Assembly (NCBI GenBank): GCA_030141605.1
Contig: JAQGDQ010000120.1
Location: 372,001-436,000, forward strand
Source: Tubiluchus corallicola
Taxonomy: Eukaryota; Animalia; Priapulida
DNA: 64,000 nt
Direction of reading: 5' to 3'
The notes beneath the pieces are model-generated. The model did not search any database, was not told the DNA's origin, and saw only the letters and a list, made by a program, of their open reading frames with translations. Below, piece after piece: positions 1-13,481 of this stretch. Made by a program: the position numbers and the translations under genes. The number at the start of each line of letters is the position of its first letter. Positions within the stretch are counted from its first letter, which is position 1.

Positions 1-1774
1 TTGAAATAGTGAGGGAACACCATCTGGTGGGCAGTCAAAGGACCACCAGACAAACAACCACTGATCGAAGGACCACCAGTAGATGTACTGACAGCAACTT
101 GAGTGAAATTGAGTGAAGTCTTAATTATCTTTAATATTTTATTTAATAAAATGTAACTGATAATTTTTTGTAACAATAATAACAACAACAACAACAGTAA
201 TCATAATAATAACTACAACGACAACGACAGCAATAAAAATAATACTTGATAAATGTCTTATACTTTTTTGCTCTATTTTTATTCAAAATTAATGTCGTGA
301 GGATAGAGTTTTTTGGGAGAGTTTTTAATACGAAAGCATCTTTTTGTAATAGATGGTGCTCGGATAATTGTCGTCGCTGGCTTTTCATAGCTTTAATATC
401 TATTTGAATACATCCGAGCTCCAAGTAACAAACAGATGTACTACTTCTTTTGCTTTTAGTATTTTCCAGTTACAATGTCTAGTGAAGTCAGTCATTGTAG
501 CAAGAAAAGTCTTCATTAAAACTACATGACTCGGTTAGCCGGTAACTATTGTCAACAGTACGTCTGAAAATATATGATTTATTATTTCTATACTGTTCTA
601 TTAAACTTCATAAAGTTAAACTTAAATTTTCGTACACATTGCAAATTTTTGAAAAATTAAGATTTAATATTTTTATTTTTTTTAAATTTTTTAGTTTTTT
701 TAATGCAACGTCGCATTGTTCAATATGTAAAAAACAGAATGTATAAAAACCAAGCATTTTTTGACCTGCGCCCGTATAACACCATCCCCTCTTCCAAAGA
801 GAGTAAGGAAATGGGCCATTCTCAGGTATTCCCTTAAGACAACGCTACACCTCTGGTACCAATTAACACTAATGCAGATAATTATCACATTATTTTATTA
901 CGTTATCGAATAGAATTTTTGTTATTACTCTGCGCGCATTGTTGTTCTACTACTTACAATGTGTGTTAATGTTTGGGTTATTAGTATTACATTAAGTCCT
1001 TTATTTGGTGGTTGTTTCATTTTAATGGGGATGTTTTGAGGATCTTACATTAAGCGTTAGTTTTTTTTTATTACATTATAGGCTAGTTATTACTTAACGC
1101 GCTAATTTTTTACTTGATACAGTATGGGGCGTTTATTACATTATCAGTTATATAACACGCAACCATAGCTCTTTTTAAACAGATTTTTAAGATCATGTAT
1201 AACTGTGTGCCACCAATAAGTGCTTCGTTCACGCATGGGCTTTTCCTTTCTTGCCGAAACCGAAAGGTTTGTAGTATAATTGCATCTATATTTGTTATCT
1301 GTATATAATTGTATATTTTACAATAATGATAAGATGCTAATATTGAACACTAATTAGCTATTCACTCAAAAATCAGCAACTCGACTTTCTCAACAAACCC
1401 TAAAATCTCGAATTTTTACGACATGTCAGAAAATCGGTTTGTATGCAGCTACATGTATTTCTTTCGGTTCTTGTTGTTCTTTTATCAAGATGAAATTTCA
1501 GAGACAAAAATTCCAATTTTATACACGTTCTTGTTAGTTCCGTGTGATTATAGAACTGCAGGTAGATTTAGGTGGTGCTAAATACCTGCTTTTATCGCCC
1601 TGTGCAATAATATCTGTAATCAGTTTAAACTCATCATAGCTCATGCTTGTTTAAGTTGAGTAATTCCTAGAGTGAGTCGGGCACGGTGACACAACCGTGT
1701 CTTGATGACAGAAGAAATGTCGCGTTAGTCAAAAGCTACTGTCAGTATAACACAGTACATCGTTTAAAGGCACA

Positions 1775-2120
1775 GTATAGCATAGCATACATATCATGTT
1801 ATAGCATTGATCAGTATACGATAGTCTAGGCGCAACACAAAGCTATGCAAAAGTACACAATGCCGCACAATACAAAACAGCGTATAGCAACAAAAAATAG
1901 AAACAGAGTGGACTAGCACAGGACAAGACAAAATAGAATGAAACGGAAGGAGCAGAACAGAACCAAACTGAACTGAATAAAACAAAACAAAACAAAACAG
2001 AGCAGAAAAAAGCAGAGCAGAGCAGAACAGAATAGATAATCGTCGTTATAATCATCATCATGATCATGATCATAATCACCATCACCACCACTACTGTCAA
2101 GGTCGTCATCATCGTCATTG
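1775..2120. repeat. Degenerate pentanucleotide (AAAAC/AGAGC/TAGCA) and (CAT)n simple repeats
   Basis: Visible runs such as aacaaaacaaaacaaaacag, agcagagcagagcag and atcatcatcatgatcatgatc. They explain the low-complexity ORFs at 1794-2134. Confidence 0.85.
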
Positions 2121-2630
2121 TTTTCATTTCTCACTGTTTTTATTGAACATATTTAAACAAAATGAGAGAAATTATTAAAACATAAGGCAAATAACTATGA
2201 GACAAAGGCACTTAAAATATAAACAAAAACAACTTGCAATAGAAACTTTTTCGGGTGGGTTGAGCTGTACATGCCCACACCACCCAACCACCCACCCTCC
2301 CAGGTATCTCATATTCAAATTCAGCCAAAATCGGACCTCTAAAGAGCCTGTTTGTGGAATCCTCTACCAGAAAATTGTTTCTCTGTTAACCTCAACTTCT
2401 AATGGTTTAAAAAACTTCAACAGGTGCTTTCTGTAATTAGTTACAATAAATCTGATTTTGCGAAAATTTGTGCGAAATTTGAGACCTCTTGCCCGCTCAA
2501 GCAAACAAATTTTCAAACAAAACACTTATTAGCAGAAGTCATGTAGGCAGGCAAAGCATATTGTGGACTTCCTTATTCACAGCAGTCTTCCTTATCAGCC
2601 ACTTAAGTACGACAAATATGTAATTAGTAC

Positions 2631-2739
2631 CTCATACACGCTGACAAGCTTCAAATCAAAATAGATAGGTATGTAAAGATGAGCAGCCAGGAAGACGTTA
2701 ATGACTTGTCCTACGCAGGTAATAATGAATGATATGCCT
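2631..2739 (-). CDS. SLC5-family (SMCT/NIS-like) sodium:solute symporter, shared coding exon 2
   Basis: Acceptor ttTCAG and donor GAG|GTACTA; 109 nt (phase 2 in, phase 0 out). Encodes (R)GISFIITCVGQVINVFLAAHLYIPIYFDLKLVSVYE, matching the SLC5A8-type segment that ends in P.FY.L...S.YE. Phase fits both upstream ATG exons. Not in the ORF track. The rest of the gene appears to lie left of the window. Confidence 0.9.
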
Positions 2740-4489
2740 CTGAAATGTATAAGTATCATACAGTCTTAGAAGAAAAACAAGAAAAACATTATCGCCGCAA
2801 TTTAAAATGATGTGAAATAATTTTCATCTAAATGCGACATATTTATAAGAGTATTAAACAAAATGTAATTGGGTGATGGAAAAAATCAAACTACCACAAA
2901 AGTCGTGAGCAGCAGCAAAATTTCTAGCAATCAACACTTTCATACATGCGATTATTAGTGAGTGACAGGGCAATTTTCACTAACTCGGTTCGTTTTTAAA
3001 TTTGGTTATTAATTAGATCGGCCCTTGAAAATCACTTATAATCTCATTATTCAAAAGAGAAAAAGTAAAGATCCGTAAAATTCTCAATGGGACGATAACT
3101 GCAAATAAGTAAGTGAATTTCAATTTAATGATTTCATTAAAATGAAATTACATTAAATGGCAAGAAAAGACTCTTCAGAAAATAAAGGTAAAAATAAGTA
3201 TTGAATTTTTGTATCTGTCTTATGGCATACACGGCTTGTACGAAATTTATAAATATAAAATCCCGATGACCTTTAGGCGCAACAAACATGTTAACGGTAA
3301 GTTGTTTTAAACAAGTTTAGATAACAGTGGGTAAAATTTGGAAAAAATAATCAGAGCATTCGTAGCCCAGCAAAAGTTTAAATTACTGTATATTGCCAGT
3401 AAGATCAATAATGTGTTTTATGGTGAGCCAGTGGTGCACACTGGAATAGCATAGTGGCGTATTCCTAGTTGGTGCGACTATTTTAAATTTTTACAAATTT
3501 TCTTTTCCATGTCATTTCAAACGGGTTAGTGTAATGCTAAGAACGGTAACTTAGTATAGAAAGTTTTTTGAGATACTTTAGAAATCACTTTTTCCTCCGT
3601 TAGGTTAAGCAAATGAAATAAAACACTGTTACATTCATTTTGTAACAGACAAACGTAATTTTGGTCGTGGTCTGTGACTTGATATTCTCACGATGTGGTT
3701 TGCTCTAATTTACGAAGCGGGTCTTTCTGTTCTAGATACGGATCTGGTGCCAGCTGGGGGTTTGATCTTGGACTCAGGATCGTGTGGCTAGTGTTTGTTC
3801 AGTGGTCTGGTCTGGTTAGTGGTCTGAACGAAACTAGTGGTTTTGAGAAATGTATTCTCTACTAGAAACGTAGCGGCGCTATGATACACTTTGCCTCTGT
3901 AGAGAAGCTGTATAGGTGACCCTGGGTTTCAGTTGGAATCCAACCTGTGGAGATACTCAACCTAGATCAAACCCCTGTCGGACCAAACCCAGCTGGACCA
4001 CCCCTCTGACAGATCGTGCTTAAAACAGGCCAGACATCAGACCGACCAGTCACAGGCCAAATCTCTAACAGGCCAAACCTCAGACAGATCGGGCCACATA
4101 TGAACCAGCCACAGGCCAAACCTGTAACTAAACGCAAAATTTACTGTATAATGGTGATTTTTGTGATTTGTTACATGCGTAATACAGCATTTTTGTTTGT
4201 GTTACATTGTTACACATTGAGATTTTTGTTAGATAATGAACCTTAATAACTGACGAAAATTTAGCTGGAGGGGCGGGAAAGGTTACACTAATTGGAATGA
4301 GAAAGTGCTTATGTTCGGCGAGCTTTTCTTCATTTTGAAAAGTTGAGCACTTTGCAAGCCGAGTTTCAGCCATCGGCTTACTAATAGCAGGGCTTACTAA
4401 TTACTATGTTTCTAAGATTGTGGCAGGACTGGACTTATTCCATGAATATAATTTTCCAAAAAAAGTCATGAAACGATGATACCTTGGCT

Positions 4490-4583
4490 ACTTTTGGGTG
4501 CGTGTACAATGTACATCCTCCCTCGACGAGGTTAACAGCTATGGGCAGTATGACAGATGAAATCACTTAACACCAGTTTCAAA
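4490..4583 (-). mobile_element. SINE-like dispersed repeat fragment
   Basis: Minus strand gctgttaacctcgtcgagggaggatgtaca...cccaaaagt resembles 17086-17129 (+) gctgtttacctggccgagggaggatataaacggcaaccaaaagt. Confidence 0.4.
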
Positions 4584-5522
4584 TTTTTTATAATGATCAC
4601 CCATACGTTTACCAACTAGTTTCGGTGTTGCTTAGGTTAAGTTCAGATTTTTTCCTCACGCCACTGTTAAGCATATATGACAAACACTCATTTTAGATGC
4701 AGGTGGCTTCGTAACATAGGCTCCTTGTTGGTTGAGCATAAAGCAACTATTATAACCTTATTGAGAAAAGTACCTAATTATGATTCAGTATAAGCCCTAC
4801 GTAGCATTTACGTCAGTAATAGCTTCTAAAAAGATTAAAGAGATTTTACTCAAAATCATTAACGAATGCATTAGCGTCATGAAAAACAGCGTAACTACTC
4901 TACCAGTAACTGCGGATGTGTACTTGAAAGTAATTACCAATGATTTTTGAAACTAGAATGAGAAACTAACAACAAGTGTTGCTGTTAATATATACTTGCT
5001 TATACTACTGCATCATTGTTGTGCTGTTGCTACATGTCAAAATGTAGTGTAGCATGATTGCTTTTTCTTTCATAGTGTAAGTTCTGAACCAGAACGCTCA
5101 TTACACTGTCGATTGTATCAAGCCCTGCTGAGAGTGAATTTTCTCTTGATTAGGATAAATTTTGTAAGAAAACACGTCACAATTTTTTGCTGGTGTAAAG
5201 TTGTAGAGACTTTTTATAAGGACTGCAACTTGTGCCAATATTTATTTAGTATTTTTGAGATCGTCTTACCCTTAGCGATTTAGTTCCAGTTGAAACTCGG
5301 CTTGTCTGGACTTTAATTTGCCGTAAGCTAATTTTAAGATTATTGCATTAATTCATTTATTATTATTTTTGACTTTCAGATGTGTGGGCCTGCATAAAAT
5401 GGTGTTTAAGACTTAAACATATCTCCTACGGCATTACAATGACTTCAGAAAATTAGCACTATTGTGAACTTAGCATGAAAGATGCCACCTTTGATAATGT
5501 AAAATTTGACACTTTTGCTTAC

Positions 5523-5758
5523 CTAGTATAAAACTCAGAACTATATCCAGTTATAGCAATGGCTGAATAAAAACTAGCCAGCAGACTCAGCGCCACGGGA
5601 ACAGTAGACATCTTGCGATCAGCCATAAGAAATTCAGACGTTGTTTGATGCTTAATGTCTCTCAAAGCATAAAATATCCCCACGGCAGCAGGGATAATCA
5701 GCGTTGCAGCAAAAACAACATAATCCCAAACAACAAACTGATTCCTTGTCTCAGGCAT
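5523..5758 (-). CDS. SLC5-family symporter, first coding exon copy B
   Basis: ATG at 5758, donor ACTAG|GTAAGC, 236 nt. MPETRNQFVVWDYVVFAATLIIPAAVGIFYA...EFLMADRKMSTVPVALSLLASFYSAIAITGYSSEFYTR is a typical SLC5A5/6/8/12 N-terminus. Confidence 0.9.
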
Positions 5759-6249
5759 TGCTGTTACTGGACCAAATTAAAAGACAAGATTGTCAGGAAA
5801 AACACTACAGCAAGACTGAAGATATGTATCACACGATTCAGCTTGTAATAAACTATAACTTAGTTTAAAATTTTGAAACAAAGGCCGGACAGGAGGGCTG
5901 AACAGGAGGAATGAACCCCCTAATCTCACTTCAAGTATGTGAAGAATACAATGTATGTGTTACAAGTAAGGTAATTCACGTGACTGTTTATATGTCACAT
6001 TCTTGTACTTTTATCACTCAGTTTTACACAGCATAAATCATTCCCAGTGTGTTGTATAGTTTCGTACTCTAAAATTTGATGAAGCGAACTTTGCCCCCGT
6101 TTGAGTACTAGCAGTTTGGAGTATAAATATCATAGCTTATCTTAGATATTAGCTATGGAACTGCCTGTCCGTTATGTCTTATGTGTGATCGTCCCGGTAA
6201 TTAGACTACTACATAATACATATACAGCGGCAGCAACACTATGAAATTA

Positions 6250-6729
6250 CAGTGTTCCCTCGCTACTTCGCGGTTCGTTTATCGCGGACTCGCTGTTTCG
6301 CGGGTTTTCAAAAATTGCGGTACTCCATCTAAAGTATTTTTGGCATATGCGTAGTACGTATTATACAGTAATGTATAGATTTGATGAATTTTGCATAAAG
6401 AATCACAAAATGTATAAAAATATATTAAAAATATTAATTCCAACATTAAAAGAATGTTATAAATCATAAAAAAGTGCCATTTACAGTAAATAGTGTATTT
6501 ACTCGGCGGTTGAACACACACCAAAAATCGGGAGATCGTTTGCTGCAGTTTGTCGCCATTACGGGATCAACGAATCTACGGTTCGTTATATCAAGAGTGT
6601 GAGTAGGGTTTATAAAGACTTAAAATAATGTATAACTACTAAAATAAGTATAGCGTCCCTACTTCGCGGAAATTCACTTAACGCGGGTGGGCCTGGAACG
6701 GAACACCCGCGATAAGTGAGGGAACACTG
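6250..6729 (+). mobile_element. Tigger/pogo-type non-autonomous DNA transposon
   Basis: TIRs CAGTGTTCCCTCGCTACTTCGCGG / CCGCGATAAGTGAGGGAACACTG with TA on both flanks. Internal remnant GRSFAAVCRHYGINESTVRYIK (about 6530-6595) resembles the Tigger psq-type HTH. Confidence 0.92.
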
Positions 6730-7821
6730 TACTGTTTCATGCCCATTTCATCATTCTTCATTACTGTCACTGCCAGCACGAGCGTCACCATCATCACCGT
6801 CATAGTCACTTTTTTAATTCCGGTTGAAATACATTAATTTAAATTAGATGGCAGTTGGTACTTATGCACCAAAGTGTATAGTTCTAAAACCCTGTATGTT
6901 AATGGGCAAATCATAGCCTTCAGGTCTAAATTATTAAATCAAGCTTGTTTGTGTTTTTCATGGACAAAGTTAAGGAAATTTTGATATAAGTAACCCTGTT
7001 GCTGAGGTGTTAATTTAGGAAATGACTTGGGTTAGTGTCAAGGTCACCAACTTGAAAATACAAGGACAAGACAACTGCGTACGACATATAACTAAAACAC
7101 GGCTTGAACACTAGAAAATTGTAGTAACCTTAAATCACGATAAAGATGAAAAGTTATCAACAGGTCATAATAGAAAATATGCACAAAAAGGCATTATATT
7201 GTTGACTCACTGATAAGCTCAAAAAAAACGTACCCAAAATGTTACCCAGATTATTATCTGAGATCAAGGTCATCCACTTAATAACTTTACATCTTTGTTT
7301 ATGTCTGGTACTTACTAAGCTGTTTTTGTTGGCTAATAATTTAATGATTTTAAACAAGGATTTATAGACATTACAATAAACCAAATTATCTGGGGTAATG
7401 GTCATCAACTTGAAAATGTCTTTACTTTTACGTGCTGCACATTATTGCAATTTATGAAAAATATTTAGAAGAAATTCTGCGTTTAGCAGAAATTTCAGCA
7501 AAATACGCTCAGAAATCTCAAAAATCTTAGAAATCGCTGCAAAATATAGAAGACTTCAGATTATGATCGATCTTAGTGGTCATCTTACTAAAATATTCAG
7601 AAAAGAAAAGAACTGTGGCTCAGTACTGTAGTTAGTGGGCAGGTTGTGCTGATTAATCAATCCTGTCTGATAGAGAGAAGTAACTACAAAATCTCACAAA
7701 TCATCTGCATAATACACAAGACTTTAGGGATCTTTGTTACACGGAGGCTGTTGTTTTCAATTTAACACCTGCATATTACGTTTTCTAACTTATTTGTAAG
7801 CAACAGTGCATTTTGACTCAC

Positions 7822-8057
7822 CTAGTGTAAAACTCAGCACTCACACCAGTTATAAAAATCGCTGAATTAAAACTAGCCAGTAGACTCAACGCTACAGGTA
7901 CTACAGACATCTTGCGATCAGCCATGAGGAATTCAGACGTTGTTTGTTGCTTTCCGCCTCGCATAGCATAAAATATCCCCACAGCAGCAGAAATGACCAA
8001 TGTAGCAGCAAAAACAATATAATCCCATACAACAAATTGATTGGTGCTATACGACAT
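7822..8057 (-). CDS. SLC5-family symporter, first coding exon copy A
   Basis: ATG at 8057, donor ACTAG|GTGAGT, 236 nt. MSYSTNQFVVWDYIVFAATLVISAAVGIFYAMRGGKQQTTSEFLMADRKMSVVPVALSLLASFNSAIFITGVSAEFYTR. An upstream acceptor (ttacag) near 8098 suggests a non-coding exon further upstream. Confidence 0.92.
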
Positions 8058-11000
8058 TTTTAACGTTTTTATAAGAAATACTTTCAAAACAAATAAACTG
8101 TAACTGTAGAGCTTTTTTTAGTTGCTGAAGGCACTAACCAGCGTTGTTTTGTTACGTATATATTATTATACAGCGCGACGCAATGTCCAGTGAGAACTTT
8201 GCCCCAGGTAACTTCATTCTAATGTAAACGATATGTAGCATAAACAGTGGTCAACTAACCAATACTAACAAATAAATACTAACTACTAAATGATAAATAC
8301 TAACCAATGATGTGACTATTTCTTCTATTCAAGTTTATATTACTTCTTTTGCTTTAATATAAGATCAATATACATATATGTATAAAGATAATGTAAATAA
8401 ATATATAAACAGATTTTATATATCACAAAAAGTAGATCAATCTTCAAAGAAATATGCCTTACACAAGCCAATTTTACATCTCCAGTTTCATTTTATACCC
8501 TAGCAAATTTCATCAAAAGCGATCATTTTCAACTTTCGCTTCGCGATATTTTTATTAGCCCAAATAAGCGAATAATGTCTTTTACCTGACCGTGCAGGGA
8601 ATAGTCATTTAACATCGCTGATGGCACATTTCAGTCTCGTTAGTTTTAACCGAACTAGAAAACTTAATTTTGATTTGGGTCTTTCCAGAAGTCAATTTTT
8701 CAATTTATTTTGCCCAATGTAATGAATACTTTCGAGATATTTTTATTCAATTTATCTGCTCAAATCTTTCTTCGTGTCTTGAAAGTGTGCTATATGGTAC
8801 GACAGCTATAGCTGACATCTCTCGCTTATGACCGATTCACACAGCAGAGCATGTAAGTCTAGGTCTGATAAATTTTGAATCCGCTTATTATATGCAACTG
8901 CGAAAAAAACGAGCAGCCTACCTTATTTGAACTAAAATAGGGCCATAGCTTCACCTGAACGTTTTGTTAAAATCGTAAAACAGTGAAAAAGTGAAATTCA
9001 TATTCTTTATTTTACTGTTTTAACTGTTTTTCTCTGTAACAGATAACATGGCTCACTTTAACTTATTAATACTATAACATGGCTAAACCTGGCTGATTAG
9101 TTAGTCACGAGCATGTCAAGAGATCTGTTCTAAATCAGAACGAAAATTGAAGTCCTATCTTTCAGCTCAGTCATTATCATATCTTGATAAACTGAAGTAT
9201 CTTTTTTTCATTGGCATTGAATGAAAATTTCTTAATGTGAACGTTTTTAAGCTTTGGATAATGTTGCTGTTTTCTGAAAAGGAGAAATTTTTGGACAATG
9301 AAATTTTTCCATTCTGCTATCCCTCTCAAAGATTATAATTATTAATTTTATGGTCAACAAATTACTACTACTACACGGTGCGACTTTTGCTTACGTCGCA
9401 TGAGTTGTATACGTCGAAAATTACAATATAAACTGTACATACGATATGATTTTATGACTTGTGCGATACATGATTAAACAGTATCGAACTGTGGGATTTC
9501 ACTTTAAAAATTTTGATGTTTCTTGGGTTTTTATAAATCATTCAATGGGATTTAAAAGTAATTATCATTTTGATTTAAATCTATCACTTAAATCGCGATC
9601 TAAATGGACGATCTTTTAAATCACAGATTTTTTTAACAATGCGAAGCTGCAGTCGGAAAAATAATTATTTAGAATTTGATGATTTTTGCGAAACAGTATG
9701 TTTCTTGGCCAATATAGTTTTGCTTTGTCTTTTTTGTAAAATTTAACGAGTTACTATAGTAGCAACACGTCTGCTTGCAAAAATACCACATCGTAAGATG
9801 CTTCTATCTCAAGTATAGGCCTAGTATTAGAAACATTGGATAAAGTCATTGAGCAGATGGATAATAAACAAAACAAGCTTTACCTTGAAAGGGCAACAGT
9901 TTACAGCAAACTGTAACAGAAAGAAATTAAAAACAAGAAAAATCCGTTTTTGGCGTTACCATTATTTGAAATACAAAAAAAAACACTTTTTAAATCATAA
10001 CTTTATCCAACTCTATCATTCAAATCTAGACAGGGCAGCCTCATCTGATGCCAAGAACCTAAACTCCTAAAGATTAAAGATAAACGTTTTTCAGAATAAG
10101 TTCTCTTATTAGAAAAGACACCATGACAATTTGCTATAAATGTCGTTCCAAGGCAGCCTGCTCTAAAATGACTTACTACGTCCATTACATACGAACACGA
10201 TGCAAATTATTGTAAAGAGATTCGCCCTCTCGGATGTCTGTCAAAAACGCGTAAATCTCGGATATAGGTCTAGAGATACATCGCGTAAATAAACCCTAGC
10301 TTTGTTTCTTTTTGGTTTATATATTCGGTCCCCGTAGCGAATATCATTCAGCGGGGGTAAACATCATTTTTGGCCCCCTTTTCTAGCTTAAAAATGCATA
10401 GAAAACGACTAAATCATCGGTTTTTGTTATTGGGTACCAATCGGTGTAAAACTACGAAGATTGGGGTGTAACTGGTTCGTATAAAGCTGATTCATGCATC
10501 GTCTGCACTGGGCTTGCCACTAGAAATGCCTCAAAATGTGTAAAACGCTTTCTTGTGTGCACTAAAAGCTATAATTAATTCTAATACATCTGCAGAAGAA
10601 ACCAAGGAGAGAGTTTAATAAAATTGATTTAAGTTTATTATAAATTAAGTGACTAATTTAGTAATGTTGAAATGATGTTTAGGCCATTAAACATTTGAAT
10701 TTGCACGGTTAGTTCATTTCGTAATGCTTTCGCATTCTCATTTAAATTCATTTCTTATATAAACTAATTATTGCCGCGGTTATAAAGTTGGGTTTAAGAA
10801 TTGCAACTCACGTGTTTCAGTACATGGTTAATTTTATGCTTTAAATAAAATTCCAAATTTTATTTCCATTATAAAATCGATAGTTAGAGTTTGACATCAA
10901 TTGATAAAGTAACCCTCAACTTTTTAATTTAATGAAGATTTATGCTGTTTCATATAAAATTCTTCCTTGACAATGCAAAACATACTTAGTGAACATTATC

Positions 11001-12646
11001 TAGTTCCTGAGTTTTTATTTTGACAAATATATGTGTTTTTATATTGGCTTGTGATATTTACTTAAATGTCCCCGTACTGTGTATGAGGGTTACCTGTAGT
11101 TTGGCCAAATGTATGTTTTGCCACAGATGTGACAGGAGGACTCATAAAGAGGATCGTAGAGTATGTCTGACCATATATGGTGTGTTCAGATACCTTTGGT
11201 TAAGTCTGGGTCCCTTGTCTTTCATGATTGTGTCGTTTAAGCTTTTTACTACCTGTTGACGTCGAGTGGACTGTCTAAATTAAGAAGTATTTTCATTTAC
11301 TATCTTTCCTGCGGATAAGTGGATTAAAATTCATGCATTTTAGCAATACGCGTAAATCGACAGAGAAATTATTCTTAAAACAATACACAGCGTCTTGGGT
11401 TTTAACAAACTAAAGACAAATTTTCACATTCCCTGATATGTTTTGATAGAGTGTTCTACATAAGTGGAGCAAAAATTAAAGACAATCACCACCTGCGACT
11501 GATATCGTACTTGAAACTCCTAAGAGTGGTGACTGGACAGTCATTACAGATCTCGATTGCTTACTTTAGTTGTTCCTAATATGAAATGAACTTACGAACA
11601 GACGTATAAATAAGAATGAACTTAGTAACAAATTCATGCATTAAACCAGGTATGCCTTTAAAAATTTCTGTCCTACGTCTAAAGGCTGTTCAGTGGCGAC
11701 ACTAATATTTTTAAAGCAACTGAAAATATTACGTTTGTATTGACTTTTATTTCCAGTCTTTGATTTCCTCCTAAGGCTCTAACGAACCAATTACGAGAGT
11801 TGTTTTAAGATCCCTGTTATGGATTTACATACCGGTCATATATATGCAGATTCCGTGTCAAGCACTAAACTACGAGACATTACAAAAAACTCATAAAACA
11901 TCAAGTATAATTTTACTGTTGTTGAGATGTTTACGCGCTGTTGTAATGGCGCAATTGTCATGCGCTTGCATTGTAGTTTATTCATGCATAATACAGCAAG
12001 TGTCTGATGCAAAATTGAACATTAAATTTTCACCAGAAGAAACAATACAAGTTTGTAATGATCTTCTCGCATGTGTTTATGTGCAGTGTTATTTGAAAAT
12101 AAGTTGGCTTTTGTTTAGCTTAATTTGTAAGCGTTGTGGCGTTGGCATGAGATGGATTTCTAATAAGGAATGTACCTTTTATGTTTAGTAGCACGGGATT
12201 TCGAGTTTCTTCACACAGGAACCTACCTCGTTCCTAATTCTCTAAATGAGTCTTAGATACTGAACTGGCAAAGATATATTTAAGTGGCTTAGTCACATCT
12301 GGGCGTGTATACACACTTATTACATTTGATGTATATCTGACGCGTGCCTACCTAATGCCGCTTAAAAACGTGAACAATATAGTGCTTATTTTAGCTACTG
12401 AGATTGACGCTTTATATTTTTTTTTAATTTTTTGTAGTGTATGAATCAGAAAGAAGTCGTCGGCTTAAGTATTTTGTGCCGTGTCTTGCAATGGTTTAAA
12501 AATAGGCATTGCAGTTGAATGCCTATGTAGCTTTGGCAATGGGGCAAGAGATGAAAAGTTGGACACAGGAGCAAGAGAAGACAAAGAGTGACAGAGAATA
12601 TGAAAAAAGGGAACGAGAAAAAGGGGAGAGAAAGAGAGGAGAAAGA

Positions 12647-12650
<4 letters not shown>

Positions 12651-12698
<48 letters not shown>

Positions 12699-12710
12699 GA
12701 GAGAGAGAGA
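12651..12710. repeat. (GA)n microsatellite
   Basis: About 30 GA units with one interruption; explains the ORFs 12523-12819 and 12588-12788. Confidence 0.97.
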
Positions 12711-12879
12711 AAAAGAGACAGAGACAGAAAGAAAGAAAGAGAGGGTAGCGGGGAAAAAGATAATTACAATTTAAAGAGCTACCACTAATGATAAACTGAA
12801 CACACAGTTTTGTAACCAAAGTTAATCGATATGATTTAGTCCAAATTTAAAGTAACAGATTTTTCGATTACAAGACCAA

Positions 12880-13481
12880 CATCTTAAACCATTACAGCTT
12901 AAAACAATCTACCCTATAAAATGTTGAAAGGGAACATACTTTTTCAAGAACGACACGTGAAAGAATTATTACCACAGAAACATACAATTGCGTTCGCGCG
13001 GCTAGTTCTTCGCTGTTACATGCATTTCGCTTTTCACTTAGATAGGCACTAGCGCCTGCATTTCGGAAACGCAACCCGGCACAAAAAACAGGTGTTGTTT
13101 TTCTCAGTTCAGAAGTATTTAGTTGTGACGTCGTGCTCACGTTCGAGAGCTCATGCATGAGCACAGCGGTAAATTTGAAATTTGAATTTTAAACTTAAAT
13201 CTTGTCCGGTTTTTGTATATCACAGTCAATGTTGCACAGTAGCAAGGTATTTCAATTTTCGCTTTCACAAAAATCTGGCACACATTCGTGGAATGTTTGT
13301 GCTGTTGAAAATTATGTTCATTTGTGATGTCAGTATTAGTTGGGCTCGCCCGCCATTAATTAAGTTTCTAACTTATTATTTAATTATCAGAAAAGTTTTT
13401 ATATTATAATAGGTGTTAAAATCTATACATTTCACCATGCTTCAAAATGGGGTAGGACATGAAAAATCACCTTGTTTTCCG
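12880..13481 (+). mobile_element. Kolobok-type non-autonomous DNA transposon copy
   Basis: Shares aaacaatctaccctataaa, gttcgagagctcatgc and gtttgtgctgttgaaa blocks with the copies at 21593, 26487, 51640 and 56049. Ends gttttccg|TTAA. Left boundary approximate. Confidence 0.75.

Noticed and set aside
143-430. ORF preceded by YLELG, resembling the YLE.RF start of SLC5 exon 3
   Set aside because: No AG acceptor before the Tyr codon, no further similarity, and the Cys/Tyr tail comes from a (TTG/TTA)n simple repeat.
1794-2134. Three overlapping ORFs
   Set aside because: Translations of penta- and trinucleotide repeats.
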